Below, piece after piece: positions 46,770 to 56,850 of a stretch of DNA of 64,000 nucleotides (position 1 is the first letter of the stretch; the number at the start of each line of letters is the position of its first letter). Location: positions 1 through 64,000 of the forward strand of contig JAZDCZ010000091.1 of NCBI GenBank assembly GCA_036679605.1, read 5' to 3'. A program made the position numbers and the translations under genes. The DNA comes from Gemmatimonadota bacterium (GTDB lineage: Bacteria; Gemmatimonadota; Gemmatimonadetes; Gemmatimonadales; GWC2-71-9). The notes under the pieces are model-generated. The model did not search any database, was not told the DNA's origin, and was given only the letters and a program-made list of their open reading frames with translations.

Positions 46770-47846
46770 ATGAAATACACTAGACCGGCCTCCCTGGCGC
46801 TCGTCGTAGGGCTCGCCGGTATTGGCCGTGCAGAAGCACAGGTAGTCCAGCGCAACGCGCAGTTCCGGCTGCCCGCGAGCTACAACTTCAAGTTTTACAA
46901 CCAATATCCCGAAGCGGCACGGAGTTTCTATGCCGCGCATTTCGCCCACTTTAGTGCGTATGAAGTGTTGCTAAATAGCGGTCCGGACGCCGTGAACGAG
47001 ATGCAACGGATCGAGGAACAGATCCGGTACTACGTTGCCAATCCGCCGCGCCTCGAGCCGCCGGCCGAGATCATCGCGCCGAACTGGTCCAAGATTGCCT
47101 ATCCGACTGGCCAGGCAATGGACTGGACCCACATGCTACACTCGCAGCTCTACGATATCCTCACTGACGACCAGATCGAGGACAAGAGGGCGGCCGGTGA
47201 GCGGGCGATCTCATACTACCTGAGCAACTTGAGGTCCGCCTTCTCCACCCGAGGCTACGGGCATGCGTTCATGTTGGCCGGAGGGTCGTGGGCCGAAACA
47301 TTCGCACGCAAGTATCCAGCGTTCAACGCGATCCTCTGGGCCTACCACTGGCATCACGCAGCTGTATACGAAGCACTGATGGAATCTGATACGACCGCAC
47401 GACGCGCGGGGCTCAACCGCGTGATCCGTGTATTCGCCGACTCGGTGCTCGTGAACCCTCCGACGTACATGCCCCTGACAGCACAGTTTGCGCCCAGGTT
47501 CGCGGAGCTCTGGCCTGCTGCCGCGCAGATCTTCGACAATCTGCACATGATGCATGACGTGGTGAACGACATCATGGCTGATGAGCGCATGCCGCGGGAG
47601 GCAAAGGGGCGGGAAATTGACCGTATGCTCCGACAAATGCTGTATGCCAATCAGGAGTGGGTGATCCCTCCACCGCTCCCACCCGAAGCGCACAGCCAAA
47701 TGCCGATGGAAGCCATGACGGTTCCTACACAGTTGCCGGATGGCCGCTGGCTACCGCAGGGTCACCCGGACGCACGTCGGCCAGCGACGGGGCACAAAAT
47801 GCCGGCCGGGCCCCGTGACACCCAACTGCCTGATAAGGCACGGTGA
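46770..47846 (+). CDS. Secreted His-rich helical protein (putative metal binding)
   Basis: Signal peptide; AHFAH, WTHMLH, YHWHH and NLHMMHD motifs. Confidence 0.7.
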   Translation: MKYTRPASLALVVGLAGIGRAEAQVVQRNAQFRLPASYNFKFYNQYPEAARSFYAAHFAHFSAYEVLLNSGPDAVNEMQRIEEQIRYYVANPPRLEPPAEIIAPNWSKIAYPTGQAMDWTHMLHSQLYDILTDDQIEDKRAAGERAISYYLSNLRSAFSTRGYGHAFMLAGGSWAETFARKYPAFNAILWAYHWHHAAVYEALMESDTTARRAGLNRVIRVFADSVLVNPPTYMPLTAQFAPRFAELWPAAAQIFDNLHMMHDVVNDIMADERMPREAKGREIDRMLRQMLYANQEWVIPPPLPPEAHSQMPMEAMTVPTQLPDGRWLPQGHPDARRPATGHKMPAGPRDTQLPDKAR

Positions 47847-47849
47847 CCA

Positions 47850-48665
47850 ATGCGGGATGACACTGCTCTTTGGGTAGTGGCTCTTTCACTCGGAGTCACC
47901 GGAGCGATACACGCCCAGGAGGATTTCCGGGCGGCGGACGCAGACAGACCCATACGGGTTGAGGACGCCTATCCCGTCAAGCTCTACGAGTGGGAATGGG
48001 AACTCGGAAGCCGAGGGGAGTTTGCCGAAGGTGGCGAGTCCATCATCTCGGAAATCTTTGAGTTGAAAACCGGCGTCGCCCGTAACTGGCAACTTGGCCT
48101 GGACGTCCATGGGGGTCAGGAACGCGCGGCGGGTGTGTGGCAGGGCGGCATCGAGGAGTTTAGCGGGCATGTGCTCTACAACCTTAACCAAGAAGGCAGA
48201 CGCACCCCAGCACTTGCCATGCGTGCGGACGTATTCAGCCCCGGCATCGGGGACGGTGGTCGAGAGGAACTCGGCGTTCGGCTGCGAGCGATCCTGACGC
48301 GCAGTGTTGGTCGTCTGCGCCTTCACTTCAACGGAGCCTACGACTGGGCGAGCACCGTCGATGGCGCAGACTTTTGGAGCGGTGGGCTCGCGTTCGATTA
48401 CCCCATCGGACTATTCAGCAAGGCTGTCCTCGGCGATATGTATAGTGAGATCCCGGTCAACGGTGGTGACGCTCGTGTATGGGCGGAGCTTGGTACGAGG
48501 TTTCAGCTCACCAACTCCACAGTGTTGGACCTGGGGGTCACAAGTCGCGTTGACCAATGGAGGGATGGGGTTGCCAACCTTGGACTCGTGGTCGGGTTGT
48601 CGCGCGTGTTTGGGATCGCGGGACTCATCAAGGTCCCGCCGTATCCGAACCCGCGGATCAACTAA
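47850..48665 (+). CDS. Putative outer-membrane beta-barrel
   Basis: Signal peptide; alternating beta-strand pattern. Confidence 0.65.
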   Translation: MRDDTALWVVALSLGVTGAIHAQEDFRAADADRPIRVEDAYPVKLYEWEWELGSRGEFAEGGESIISEIFELKTGVARNWQLGLDVHGGQERAAGVWQGGIEEFSGHVLYNLNQEGRRTPALAMRADVFSPGIGDGGREELGVRLRAILTRSVGRLRLHFNGAYDWASTVDGADFWSGGLAFDYPIGLFSKAVLGDMYSEIPVNGGDARVWAELGTRFQLTNSTVLDLGVTSRVDQWRDGVANLGLVVGLSRVFGIAGLIKVPPYPNPRIN

Positions 48666-48743
48666 CGCCCGACCAACTCGGCTGTCACCGGGATCTGCAA
48701 TTTCAAATTGACAATCGATTAACAGGTTGCACACCGTCTACGG

Positions 48744-48832
48744 GCTTTGCGAGCAGGAAGTCGTCGGTTCAAATCCCCGCCACTCGCCTTTCGGCTCGTG
48801 GCATTACCGTTGCAAATCCGGCCGCCCAGACT
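48744..48832 (+). repeat. Degenerate tRNA-Pro 3' fragment interrupted by a hairpin insert
   Basis: GCTTTGCGAGCAGGAAGTCGTCGGTTCAAATCC-insert-CAAATCCGGCCGCCCAGACT. Confidence 0.85.
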
Positions 48833-48894
48833 GCATCAGCTTGGCCTCTGGCCGCCGCTCCAGCAAGAGTTACCACAATGCCACCACCGCATGG

Positions 48895-49812
48895 TTAATG
48901 TCGGAAGAGTACGTCCTCTCGACCTCGCACATCGCCATCCGAGACAGGGACTTCTTGGCCCTCTCGCCAGAAATAGGGTCTATAGCCCAGCCCGCTCAAC
49001 AGGCGCTTCACTTCAGGATATGTGTTCGGAGCGCGTCGCGAGCCGTCAGGGCCACGCACCTCGATCCATAGCGGTGGGTACGCCGCAGCCTCCAGTGTCC
49101 TAGTCATCCCGGATACGGCCTCTACCTCGTGCCCTTCGACGTCACACTTGATGAGCTGCAACCTGTCGAGGTCAAGATCGAGTTTGGCAAGACAATCGTC
49201 GAGCAAGTCGCAGTCCACCTGGACGGAGTCCCGGTATCGGTCATCTGGGCCCGTGCCCTCAGATACCAACGAACTCGATGCGGGTTTCCATGCCCGGTAA
49301 AACTGCGCAGTTCGTTTGGCGTCAGAAACTGCAACGTTGACGCAGGTAACTGAGGATCCCGTTTGAAACCGCGTGCTGCGTGAAAGAGACTCGTAGGTAT
49401 CGGGGTCCGGCTCGAACGCGCCCACGGCACCCTCGCGCCCGAGCAATCCTGCCGCGAAGAACGAGAAAAAACCCAAGTGAGCGCCGATGTCCACGAATAC
49501 TCCGCCCGGTGACAGTTCCTGCTGCATGAAACGAGGAAAAGGTTCATTCATCCAATAGTTCCCCCAAGCCGTTGGGAAATAGAAGATCTTCCGCTGATGG
49601 GGAATAGAAAGGTTGAGTTCCAATCGCGGTGCCTTCCCGCACGGTTCGCTGACCATCCAGGGCGGATCGGGAATAGGGAGGATCGCTCCGACTAAGCCAG
49701 AGAACTGTGGGGCGAGGCGCCGCGTGGGGTAATGCTTGGTAAGCGCCCGTACAAATTTATGCGCGGCACCGGCCAGTGATGGCGTAATATCCAACAAAGG
49801 ATTGTCTATCAT
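48895..49812 (-). CDS. FkbM-family methyltransferase
   Basis: VDIGAHLG, AFEP and IKCDVEGHE motifs. Confidence 0.9.
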   Translation of the reverse strand: MIDNPLLDITPSLAGAAHKFVRALTKHYPTRRLAPQFSGLVGAILPIPDPPWMVSEPCGKAPRLELNLSIPHQRKIFYFPTAWGNYWMNEPFPRFMQQELSPGGVFVDIGAHLGFFSFFAAGLLGREGAVGAFEPDPDTYESLSRSTRFQTGSSVTCVNVAVSDAKRTAQFYRAWKPASSSLVSEGTGPDDRYRDSVQVDCDLLDDCLAKLDLDLDRLQLIKCDVEGHEVEAVSGMTRTLEAAAYPPLWIEVRGPDGSRRAPNTYPEVKRLLSGLGYRPYFWREGQEVPVSDGDVRGREDVLFRH

Positions 49813-49847
49813 CAGGAGAGAGACCCTAGGCCCCTAGGTTTTCACAA

Positions 49848-51041
49848 CTAATTCCCGGACGCCATTTCGGCCGGCGCCACAGTGTAGAGGGAGGACATGC
49901 CGCCCTGGAGGTGCGGGCCGACGTGGCAGTGGAACATCCATACACCGGGGTTATCGGGGACCATGTCCGCAACCAGCATGCCCATCGTCAGCAGCGTGCT
50001 GACATCGGTACGCATGTTCTGAGTGACCACCGTGTTGCCGTGCCAGTGAGGTGCGTGGACCTCGAAGTTGGTCGATGCCATGAGGTACCAACGGACATGC
50101 TCGCCCACCTTCATCTCGAGACCGGGTAGGTTGCCGAATACGAATCCGTTCAGCGATTCCATCAAATTGTAGTCGCCCAGATAGTCAGAATCCGGCGCCA
50201 TGATGATTGGACCGCCGAACGGGTCCTTTAGGATCTTCTGGCCATCGGGGTCGCTCGTGTAGGTCCGGATATTCTCCTCTAGATACCAGCTCTCGTTCTC
50301 GAAGACTTCGTGGAACGAGACGATCAACTCTCGGTCGACTCCCTTTGGCGTGCCATCTTCCTTCGTCGTACCCGCAGCACTGATGATCATCGGTCCCATA
50401 AGACCGGAGTTCACATCTGGTACGTCGTTCTTATGAGAGTGATACATCCACATGATAGAACTCGGATCACCTTCGGCCGGCCCGGCACGCTCTGGAACAG
50501 GCCATACGTAGGTGTGCGTACCTCCCTGAGGAACCCCGTCGTCTGCCTTGTCCGGACCGCTGGTACCATCTTCGTAAGGCGCGCCTTCGGAATCCTTATC
50601 GTAAATGACGCCGTGCGGGTGAACGCTAGCCAGAAACCCCGAGTTGTTGCGGAACACGATCCGAACCGTGTCACCCACCTCGGCGCGAACCAGCGGCCCA
50701 AGAAGACCGAGGTGTTCCCATTCGGGTGGGCGTGGCTTCAGGGTCGTGAAACTGGAGTCGGTGTACTCGCGATAAAGCGCTTTCTTGTACTCCTTGCCGA
50801 TGCGGTGTGGACCGCTCTCGACCCACTGGGCTTCGGCCTCACCGAATGGCTTGCCGGTGATCTTGTTCATGCCGCTCGGCGCGTAATCCCAGACCACCTC
50901 GTCCGCCGCGATATAGTAAGTGCGCGTAACCCCGCTAGGGGTCGAAGAGCGAAAACTGACGAGCGCGAGACCACCAGCGAGTAGCGATATAATGAGAGCG
51001 CTGGCTAGAAGAGTGTGTCGTTTCTTTTGAACGGCGGACAT
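49848..51041 (-). CDS. Two-domain multicopper oxidase
   Basis: HPHG, YHSH, HAPHWHG and HCHVGPHLQGGM motifs. Confidence 0.9.
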   Translation of the reverse strand: MSAVQKKRHTLLASALIISLLAGGLALVSFRSSTPSGVTRTYYIAADEVVWDYAPSGMNKITGKPFGEAEAQWVESGPHRIGKEYKKALYREYTDSSFTTLKPRPPEWEHLGLLGPLVRAEVGDTVRIVFRNNSGFLASVHPHGVIYDKDSEGAPYEDGTSGPDKADDGVPQGGTHTYVWPVPERAGPAEGDPSSIMWMYHSHKNDVPDVNSGLMGPMIISAAGTTKEDGTPKGVDRELIVSFHEVFENESWYLEENIRTYTSDPDGQKILKDPFGGPIIMAPDSDYLGDYNLMESLNGFVFGNLPGLEMKVGEHVRWYLMASTNFEVHAPHWHGNTVVTQNMRTDVSTLLTMGMLVADMVPDNPGVWMFHCHVGPHLQGGMSSLYTVAPAEMASGN

Positions 51042-51222
51042 TATGCACCTCGTGAGGGTCGTGAATCGGCCCTGAGATTATCCGCGTCTACACCGCGCCC
51101 TCTGGAGGGCGTTGTCACGGTGTCTGCAGGTGGCGGGGTCCCAGGACTGCCAGTGTAGATGTGCTTCGCGGCTAGTATGAAGGTGGTTCCGCTAACAGTC
51201 AAGTCGACGGCCAGCTCTAGCC

Positions 51223-52227
51223 TTATCGCCGCACCTGGAACCGATTGGTGATATTGAACCGTATTTCCATCTTGATGCTACCGAGTTGGCCCTCGCCTCC
51301 CAACTGCATATCCATAATCAGAACAGCCCGTGAACTCCCCGACACGAAGGCGTTCCACCCAGTGGACCATATTACCCTGGTTGCAAAGGCTCCACTCACT
51401 GTGGTCGTACCCTCGACTCCATCTTCGATCTCTGAGGCGGTTACCGGAGCGAACTGTCCACTCACGCTCATGTAGGCCAAGGTGTCACGCGGAGCGACCA
51501 CAAAGCTGTCCAGAGTGACGTTTGCCTGGGCAACGAGGTCTGCCGCCTCGATCAGTGTCGGTGTACTTCCTGCATCCAAGCTCTTGGTTAGATCGAACGG
51601 GAAGGTCACTTCCGTCGACCAGGTGCTGCCCGCAGATACCGGATCCACTGGCAGCCCAAGCTCGATCCCGCCGTGCGGCGCTCGCAAAAAGCCCTGTAAC
51701 ATCTCGCCCACACTGTCCGGTTTCAGCAGCTCGAATTGAGATATCTCGAGTCTATCGCTGAACACGATTGTTGCCGATGTCGCAGGGAGTCGATCGGTCG
51801 GCAACGCTTCCCACGCTTCGTCCTGGGTACGGGCTCGAGCGCGAATGGAGTCGATCGTACGAAACACAGAATAGCGATCCGACTGCACTTCGAATACGTC
51901 TTCAGTCAGGTATTGGCGCATCTCCATCTGAATCGTGAGGCTGTCGCTTCCGAACTCGGCCATCGCCGCATCGAGGCTGTCGCGAATCGATACGTCTGCG
52001 GTATCGGCGCCAAAAGCGGCGGCCATGCCCTCACCAAGATCGGCCGCGAGGCCCAGGAGTCCCCCGAGTGGTATCTTCATTTCCGCGTCCGTCCACGAGA
52101 CGGTGCGGACGACCATGCGTTTGCTAGGATGGTACCGCAGTAGGATCGTCTCTTGGGCTGCAAGCTCGATCGCAAGGGCAGGCATGAGCCCGCAGAGGGC
52201 CACAACGGCTACGATGGGACGGCGCAT
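51223..52227 (-). CDS. Secreted hypothetical protein
   Basis: Signal peptide; 334 aa. Confidence 0.7.
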   Translation of the reverse strand: MRRPIVAVVALCGLMPALAIELAAQETILLRYHPSKRMVVRTVSWTDAEMKIPLGGLLGLAADLGEGMAAAFGADTADVSIRDSLDAAMAEFGSDSLTIQMEMRQYLTEDVFEVQSDRYSVFRTIDSIRARARTQDEAWEALPTDRLPATSATIVFSDRLEISQFELLKPDSVGEMLQGFLRAPHGGIELGLPVDPVSAGSTWSTEVTFPFDLTKSLDAGSTPTLIEAADLVAQANVTLDSFVVAPRDTLAYMSVSGQFAPVTASEIEDGVEGTTTVSGAFATRVIWSTGWNAFVSGSSRAVLIMDMQLGGEGQLGSIKMEIRFNITNRFQVRR

Positions 52228-52448
52228 AACTGAAACCCTCCTTGGGTTCGGAAGGCGATTCTGGAGGAGTCAGTGGAAACTATGCCTCGGACTGCCAGTA
52301 GGCAATACGCTAAGACGGCCTCGAGAACAGCCACCCGCTCACTCTTTTGAACAAGGTCGTAACACGTTGACCAACTTATACTTAGATGGCTTGATCTTTT
52401 GTGCTACATGAAGCACTTTCACTTTTCCATCAACAAGGACAAGTCGTG

Positions 52449-53423
52449 ATGCTGTCTAGAGTGTCGATGGTGTGTCTAGCTGTCGTAGCCTTTAGCTCTT
52501 CGAGTGGGGCACAGTCGACCGTGCCGACAGGTATCCAGCGCAAGCTGACCGCAATTGGCTACAGCTCACCCTACGCTGAGTCCATGGAGATATATCAACC
52601 TCTGCTGGCAGCTGTCCCCAAGGACGGAGTAGACGTAATCAAAGACATCGGCTACGGCGAGCACCCCCGCAACAAGCTGGACCTTTATCGACCGGCGGAC
52701 CTCGCCAAGGGTCCCGTTTTCGTGTTCGTTCATGGCGGCGGTTATAGCAGCGGTGACCGCGATCTCAATAGTGAGGTCTATGGAAATATTCCGACATACT
52801 TTGCGCGCCACGGAATGCTGAGCATCAACGCTACCTATCGCCTTGCTCCCGAGGCGTCATGGCCCTCAGGTGCCCAAGATATCGCGGCGCTTGTGAGCTG
52901 GATCCAGGCGAATGCTGCCTCGTATGGAGGTGATCCGGAACAGATTTTCATGATGGGGCATTCGGCGGGAGCAACCCATGTTGCTACGTACGCATTCGAC
53001 TCTAGATTCCAACCCGCGGACGGGACCGGATTGAGCGGAATCGTGCTGGTTAGCGGACGCTATGATCTTGCGTGGGATCCAGACGATCCGGGTCTCAAGG
53101 GGGTTCGGCAATACTTTGGTAACGACCCTTCGCTCTACGGCCCCCGATCGGTGATCACTCACGTAGCGAACAGCGAGGTGACGGCGATGCTGGTTATCGC
53201 AGAGTACGATCAGCGTAATCTTGTTGCTACTACGGGCCAACTGTTTGTTGCGCTGTGCGAAAGGGATGACGGAAGATGCCCCCGCTTAGTGCAGCTCAAG
53301 TACCACAACCACTTCTCGGAGGTTCTCCATATCAATACGACGGATGATCTCCTGGGGAACGAGATCGTGGACTTCGTGACGGTGGGAGCCCGGCGTCAAC
53401 GGGAGCGCTCACGCGCCCGCTGA
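52449..53423 (+). CDS. Alpha/beta hydrolase (HSL-family esterase)
   Basis: HGGG and GHSAG motifs. Confidence 0.9.
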   Translation: MLSRVSMVCLAVVAFSSSSGAQSTVPTGIQRKLTAIGYSSPYAESMEIYQPLLAAVPKDGVDVIKDIGYGEHPRNKLDLYRPADLAKGPVFVFVHGGGYSSGDRDLNSEVYGNIPTYFARHGMLSINATYRLAPEASWPSGAQDIAALVSWIQANAASYGGDPEQIFMMGHSAGATHVATYAFDSRFQPADGTGLSGIVLVSGRYDLAWDPDDPGLKGVRQYFGNDPSLYGPRSVITHVANSEVTAMLVIAEYDQRNLVATTGQLFVALCERDDGRCPRLVQLKYHNHFSEVLHINTTDDLLGNEIVDFVTVGARRQRERSRAR

Positions 53424-53471
53424 TGAAATGGATTCAGTCGGCGAACAAGCAGTTTCCCCAAGCGAGAAGCG

Positions 53472-53780
53472 TTACTTCATATCGGCTGCCTCCCGGCTGC
53501 CCTGCATCTCCTGTTTGATCCGATCGAAATTCCACGCCAGTGCGTGGAGGATCACTACGGTGACGGCACACATGATCGCGAACACGGCCACGATGGTTGC
53601 GGCGAACCACAGCACGTTCTCCAAGGTCAGCTGGGCCAGCATCGGGACCAACAGGAAAAACGCCAGGATCATTAGCGCCAAGCTGTAGCGCTGCATTCGA
53701 TGGGCCATGACGGCCGGTGGGATAGTGTGTTTCTTGACCAAAAAGACGCCGGGAGAGGTCTCTATCGTTGGTCTCTTCAT
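53472..53780 (-). CDS. Small two-TM membrane protein
   Basis: Two hydrophobic segments. Confidence 0.6.
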   Translation of the reverse strand: MKRPTIETSPGVFLVKKHTIPPAVMAHRMQRYSLALMILAFFLLVPMLAQLTLENVLWFAATIVAVFAIMCAVTVVILHALAWNFDRIKQEMQGSREAADMK

Positions 53781-53910
53781 TCCGTACCCCCAATGTTAGA
53801 CCTTCCAACATTTGAAGAAACCGTTGGTAGGTCAAGTATCGTCCTTCCTGGGGAGACTGGCTTGCCGCCTTGGCGAGCAGGGGATCGCGATTAAATTGCG
53901 GTCGCAATGG

Positions 53911-53984
<74 letters not shown>

Positions 53985-53995
53985 TACCACTGCGG

Positions 53996-54712
53996 TTAGG
54001 ATCGGGAAGCCGGCTCCGTTTCGAGGGCACGAACGAACAACACATTATTTTCCTTGTGAATGTGCTCGTGAGTATCAGCTTCGAGAGTCTCGAGACCGTC
54101 CAACATCGCGCGGAACGTGTTGCACGCGCCCTCAGGCGCGGTGAAATCATCGGTGAGCTTTCGGAGATGTTGCAGAGCCTGCCCAGCGTTCTCGTGCTCC
54201 CGCTCCATAACGGAAATCGGGTTACCGATACCGCCGCAATGAAAGGACCCTGAGTCAACAGCCCGATCCAGCTCCCGTATCATGGGAAACAGGATCTGTT
54301 CCTCCTTCATCATGTGCGGCTCCAACTCCGCCACCAGATCGGCGTAGGTTGACCGGACCGCATCGAGCCATGGATATTTGTCGCCGTGTGCGGCGACGAC
54401 CTTCTGGATGAGACCACCTATCCGTGGGAGTTCGCGACGAAGAAACTCGTGATGAGTACTCTCAATGTGGTTCACCAATTCGGTCATCGTCATTGCTGTG
54501 GGGTTCGCCACTGCCGCGACGCCTGCTGTCTCTATTGCTTCCAACTCTCTGAGCACCGCTCTTGCATCGAGATCTCTTTCGCGACAAGCCTCCTCAACGC
54601 TGCGTTTGCCACCGCAACAGTAGTCGATGCCGTGACGCTCAAACACACGAGAGCGTGCCGGCTTTTCCGCTACAAGAGCCCCAACCTTCTGATGAATGTC
54701 TAGCTTCTCCAT
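53996..54712 (-). CDS. ric: Iron-sulfur cluster repair di-iron protein
   Basis: IDYCCGG, HMMKEE and HIHKENN motifs. Confidence 0.95.
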   Translation of the reverse strand: MEKLDIHQKVGALVAEKPARSRVFERHGIDYCCGGKRSVEEACRERDLDARAVLRELEAIETAGVAAVANPTAMTMTELVNHIESTHHEFLRRELPRIGGLIQKVVAAHGDKYPWLDAVRSTYADLVAELEPHMMKEEQILFPMIRELDRAVDSGSFHCGGIGNPISVMEREHENAGQALQHLRKLTDDFTAPEGACNTFRAMLDGLETLEADTHEHIHKENNVLFVRALETEPASRS

Positions 54713-54839
54713 GGTTTATCCTTCCCGATAGCGTTGATTCGTCTTAGTGTAGAAGCAAGCTATGCGGGTCCGGTAAAGCCGCGTTAAAGGAATCATGAAG
54801 CTTTCATGAAGGCTGCACGACAAGACGAAGGAATAGTTG

Positions 54840-56015
54840 ATGTCCAAAATCTCTGACGTTGTAGTCATTGGCGCAGGAGTGATGGGGTGTAGCACCGCAT
54901 TCCACCTGGCCCAACGAGGCATGAAAGTGACGGTGCTCGAGAAGGGCGTAATCGGCGCCGGCAGTACCGGCCGCTCCTCCGCCATCATACGGCAACACTA
55001 CTCCAACGAACTGACGGCGCGCATGGCACTTCATAGTCTGCGCGTCTTTCAAAACTTCGACTCCGCGGTGGGAGGAGATTGTGAGTTCCGACAGACTGGA
55101 TGGGTGGCAATCGCGCCGGCAGCGGACCGAGCGGGACTCGAGGCAAACGTAGTCATGCAGCAGGGCGTAGGCATTCAGACTCGGTTAATCAATACCGAGG
55201 AGCTGCGGGAAGTGTTGCCGGCAGCCCACAGCGAGGAGGTTGTCGCCGCGGCATATGAACCCGAGAGTGGCTACGCCGATCCACACATGACTGTCAATGG
55301 ATACGCAGACGCGGCGCGCCGCCACGGGGCCGACTTTCGGCTAGACACCGAGGTCACCGGGATTCGGTTTAACGGCGATCGAGTGGTGGGCGTTGATACC
55401 TCCGACGGAGCGTACGACGCTCCGAAGTTGGTCAACTGCTCTGGTCCGTGGGCTGCCCGTGTGGCGGCGATGACTGGATACAAGGTCCCGATCAACTCGT
55501 GCCGCATACAGGTCGCCACATTTCGTCGGCCCGCCGAATACAAAGATCCCCATCCTGTTGTGATGGATTTTGTGTTCGGGAGCTACTTTCGCTCCGAGGT
55601 CGGCAATCTGACACTCGTTGGGTCCATCGACCCCTCAGAAGCTGACGCTGTGGTCGACCCCGACAACTACCCGGAACATGTTGACTCTGAGTTCGTTGCA
55701 GACGTCGGTGAACGATTCATACGCCGCTGTCCACCACTCGAGCTGAGTGAGAGCACCGGAGGGTACTCCGGCCTCTACGCCGTAACCCCCGACTGGCATC
55801 CTATCGTTGACGAGCTACCGCCTGGAAGTGGGTGCTTCCTCTGCTCGGGTTTCAGCGGCCATGGGTTCAAGCTCGCTCCAGCAGTGGGTGTGATGATCGC
55901 AGATATGGTCTGTGGCGCCAAAGATCCGCTTTTCTCGCCCGAGTTGTTTCGCTTCGACCGGTTCGCAACCAACGACCTGGTTCGGGGAACCTACGAATAC
56001 AGCATCACAGGCTGA
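54840..56015 (+). CDS. FAD-dependent oxidoreductase (DAO/sarcosine oxidase beta-like)
   Basis: IGAGVMG, TPDWHP and GFSGHGFK motifs. Confidence 0.9.
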   Translation: MSKISDVVVIGAGVMGCSTAFHLAQRGMKVTVLEKGVIGAGSTGRSSAIIRQHYSNELTARMALHSLRVFQNFDSAVGGDCEFRQTGWVAIAPAADRAGLEANVVMQQGVGIQTRLINTEELREVLPAAHSEEVVAAAYEPESGYADPHMTVNGYADAARRHGADFRLDTEVTGIRFNGDRVVGVDTSDGAYDAPKLVNCSGPWAARVAAMTGYKVPINSCRIQVATFRRPAEYKDPHPVVMDFVFGSYFRSEVGNLTLVGSIDPSEADAVVDPDNYPEHVDSEFVADVGERFIRRCPPLELSESTGGYSGLYAVTPDWHPIVDELPPGSGCFLCSGFSGHGFKLAPAVGVMIADMVCGAKDPLFSPELFRFDRFATNDLVRGTYEYSITG

Positions 56016-56070
56016 AGTCTACCGATTGGATAGTCTTGCGTGGGACACGGGACCCAACCATCATTGTGCC

Positions 56071-56850
56071 GTGCAAGGTCCGACCAAAGAATCGCCCCGC
56101 GACCGTAAGAATAGGAAAATCAAACCCACTAGGGGACGAGGCAAGGTCGCCTATTACCTGTGGTCGTGGTTCAGCTATGCCTTGACGAATTCTACGGTTG
56201 CAGTCTTTTGGGTTTTGTTCCGCGTTCTGAACAGAACAACCGTCATAGGCAGGGAAAACGTAGGCGAAGATCGCAACACCCTGTTGCTCTCTAATCATCA
56301 GTCCATGATCGACAGTTTCCTTGTGGGAGTGTGCGTCTTTTTCCCTAAGTCTCTCATAAGACCGCACCTCATGCCGTGGAACCCTGCGGCGGAAGAGAAT
56401 TTCTACGGGCACCCCGTACTTAGGTGGCTCTCCACCCATTGGCGATGTATTCGAGTCAAGGAAGGTCGTCGCGACCTGCACGCGTTACACCGAATGCTGG
56501 AGCTTCTTCCTACTGGAGTAATGACATTTTTTCCTGAGGGAACCAGGAGTCGCGATGGTAGCGTTGGTTCCGGCAAGGCGGGCGCTGGGTTAGTGGTTCT
56601 TGGCACTCACCCCAAGGTGATACCCGTAGCGATCGAGGGAATGAGGGAGGTCCTACCTATCGGCAAGACGTTCCCACGCTTCTTCAAGCGAATCTACGTG
56701 TCGTACGGGCCTGCTATCGATTACTCAGACTTCCTAGGAAAGAAGCGCTCGCGCGAACTCGCCCAAGGTCTGGTGGACCGCGCCATGGACACGATCCGAA
56801 AGCAGCACGAGGAACTCGTGGCATTGCGCTCGGCTACAGGGGACCCATGA
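56071..56850 (+). CDS. Lysophospholipid acyltransferase (PlsC-like)
   Basis: NHQSMID and FPEGTRS motifs; start approximate. Confidence 0.85.
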   Translation: MQGPTKESPRDRKNRKIKPTRGRGKVAYYLWSWFSYALTNSTVAVFWVLFRVLNRTTVIGRENVGEDRNTLLLSNHQSMIDSFLVGVCVFFPKSLIRPHLMPWNPAAEENFYGHPVLRWLSTHWRCIRVKEGRRDLHALHRMLELLPTGVMTFFPEGTRSRDGSVGSGKAGAGLVVLGTHPKVIPVAIEGMREVLPIGKTFPRFFKRIYVSYGPAIDYSDFLGKKRSRELAQGLVDRAMDTIRKQHEELVALRSATGDP

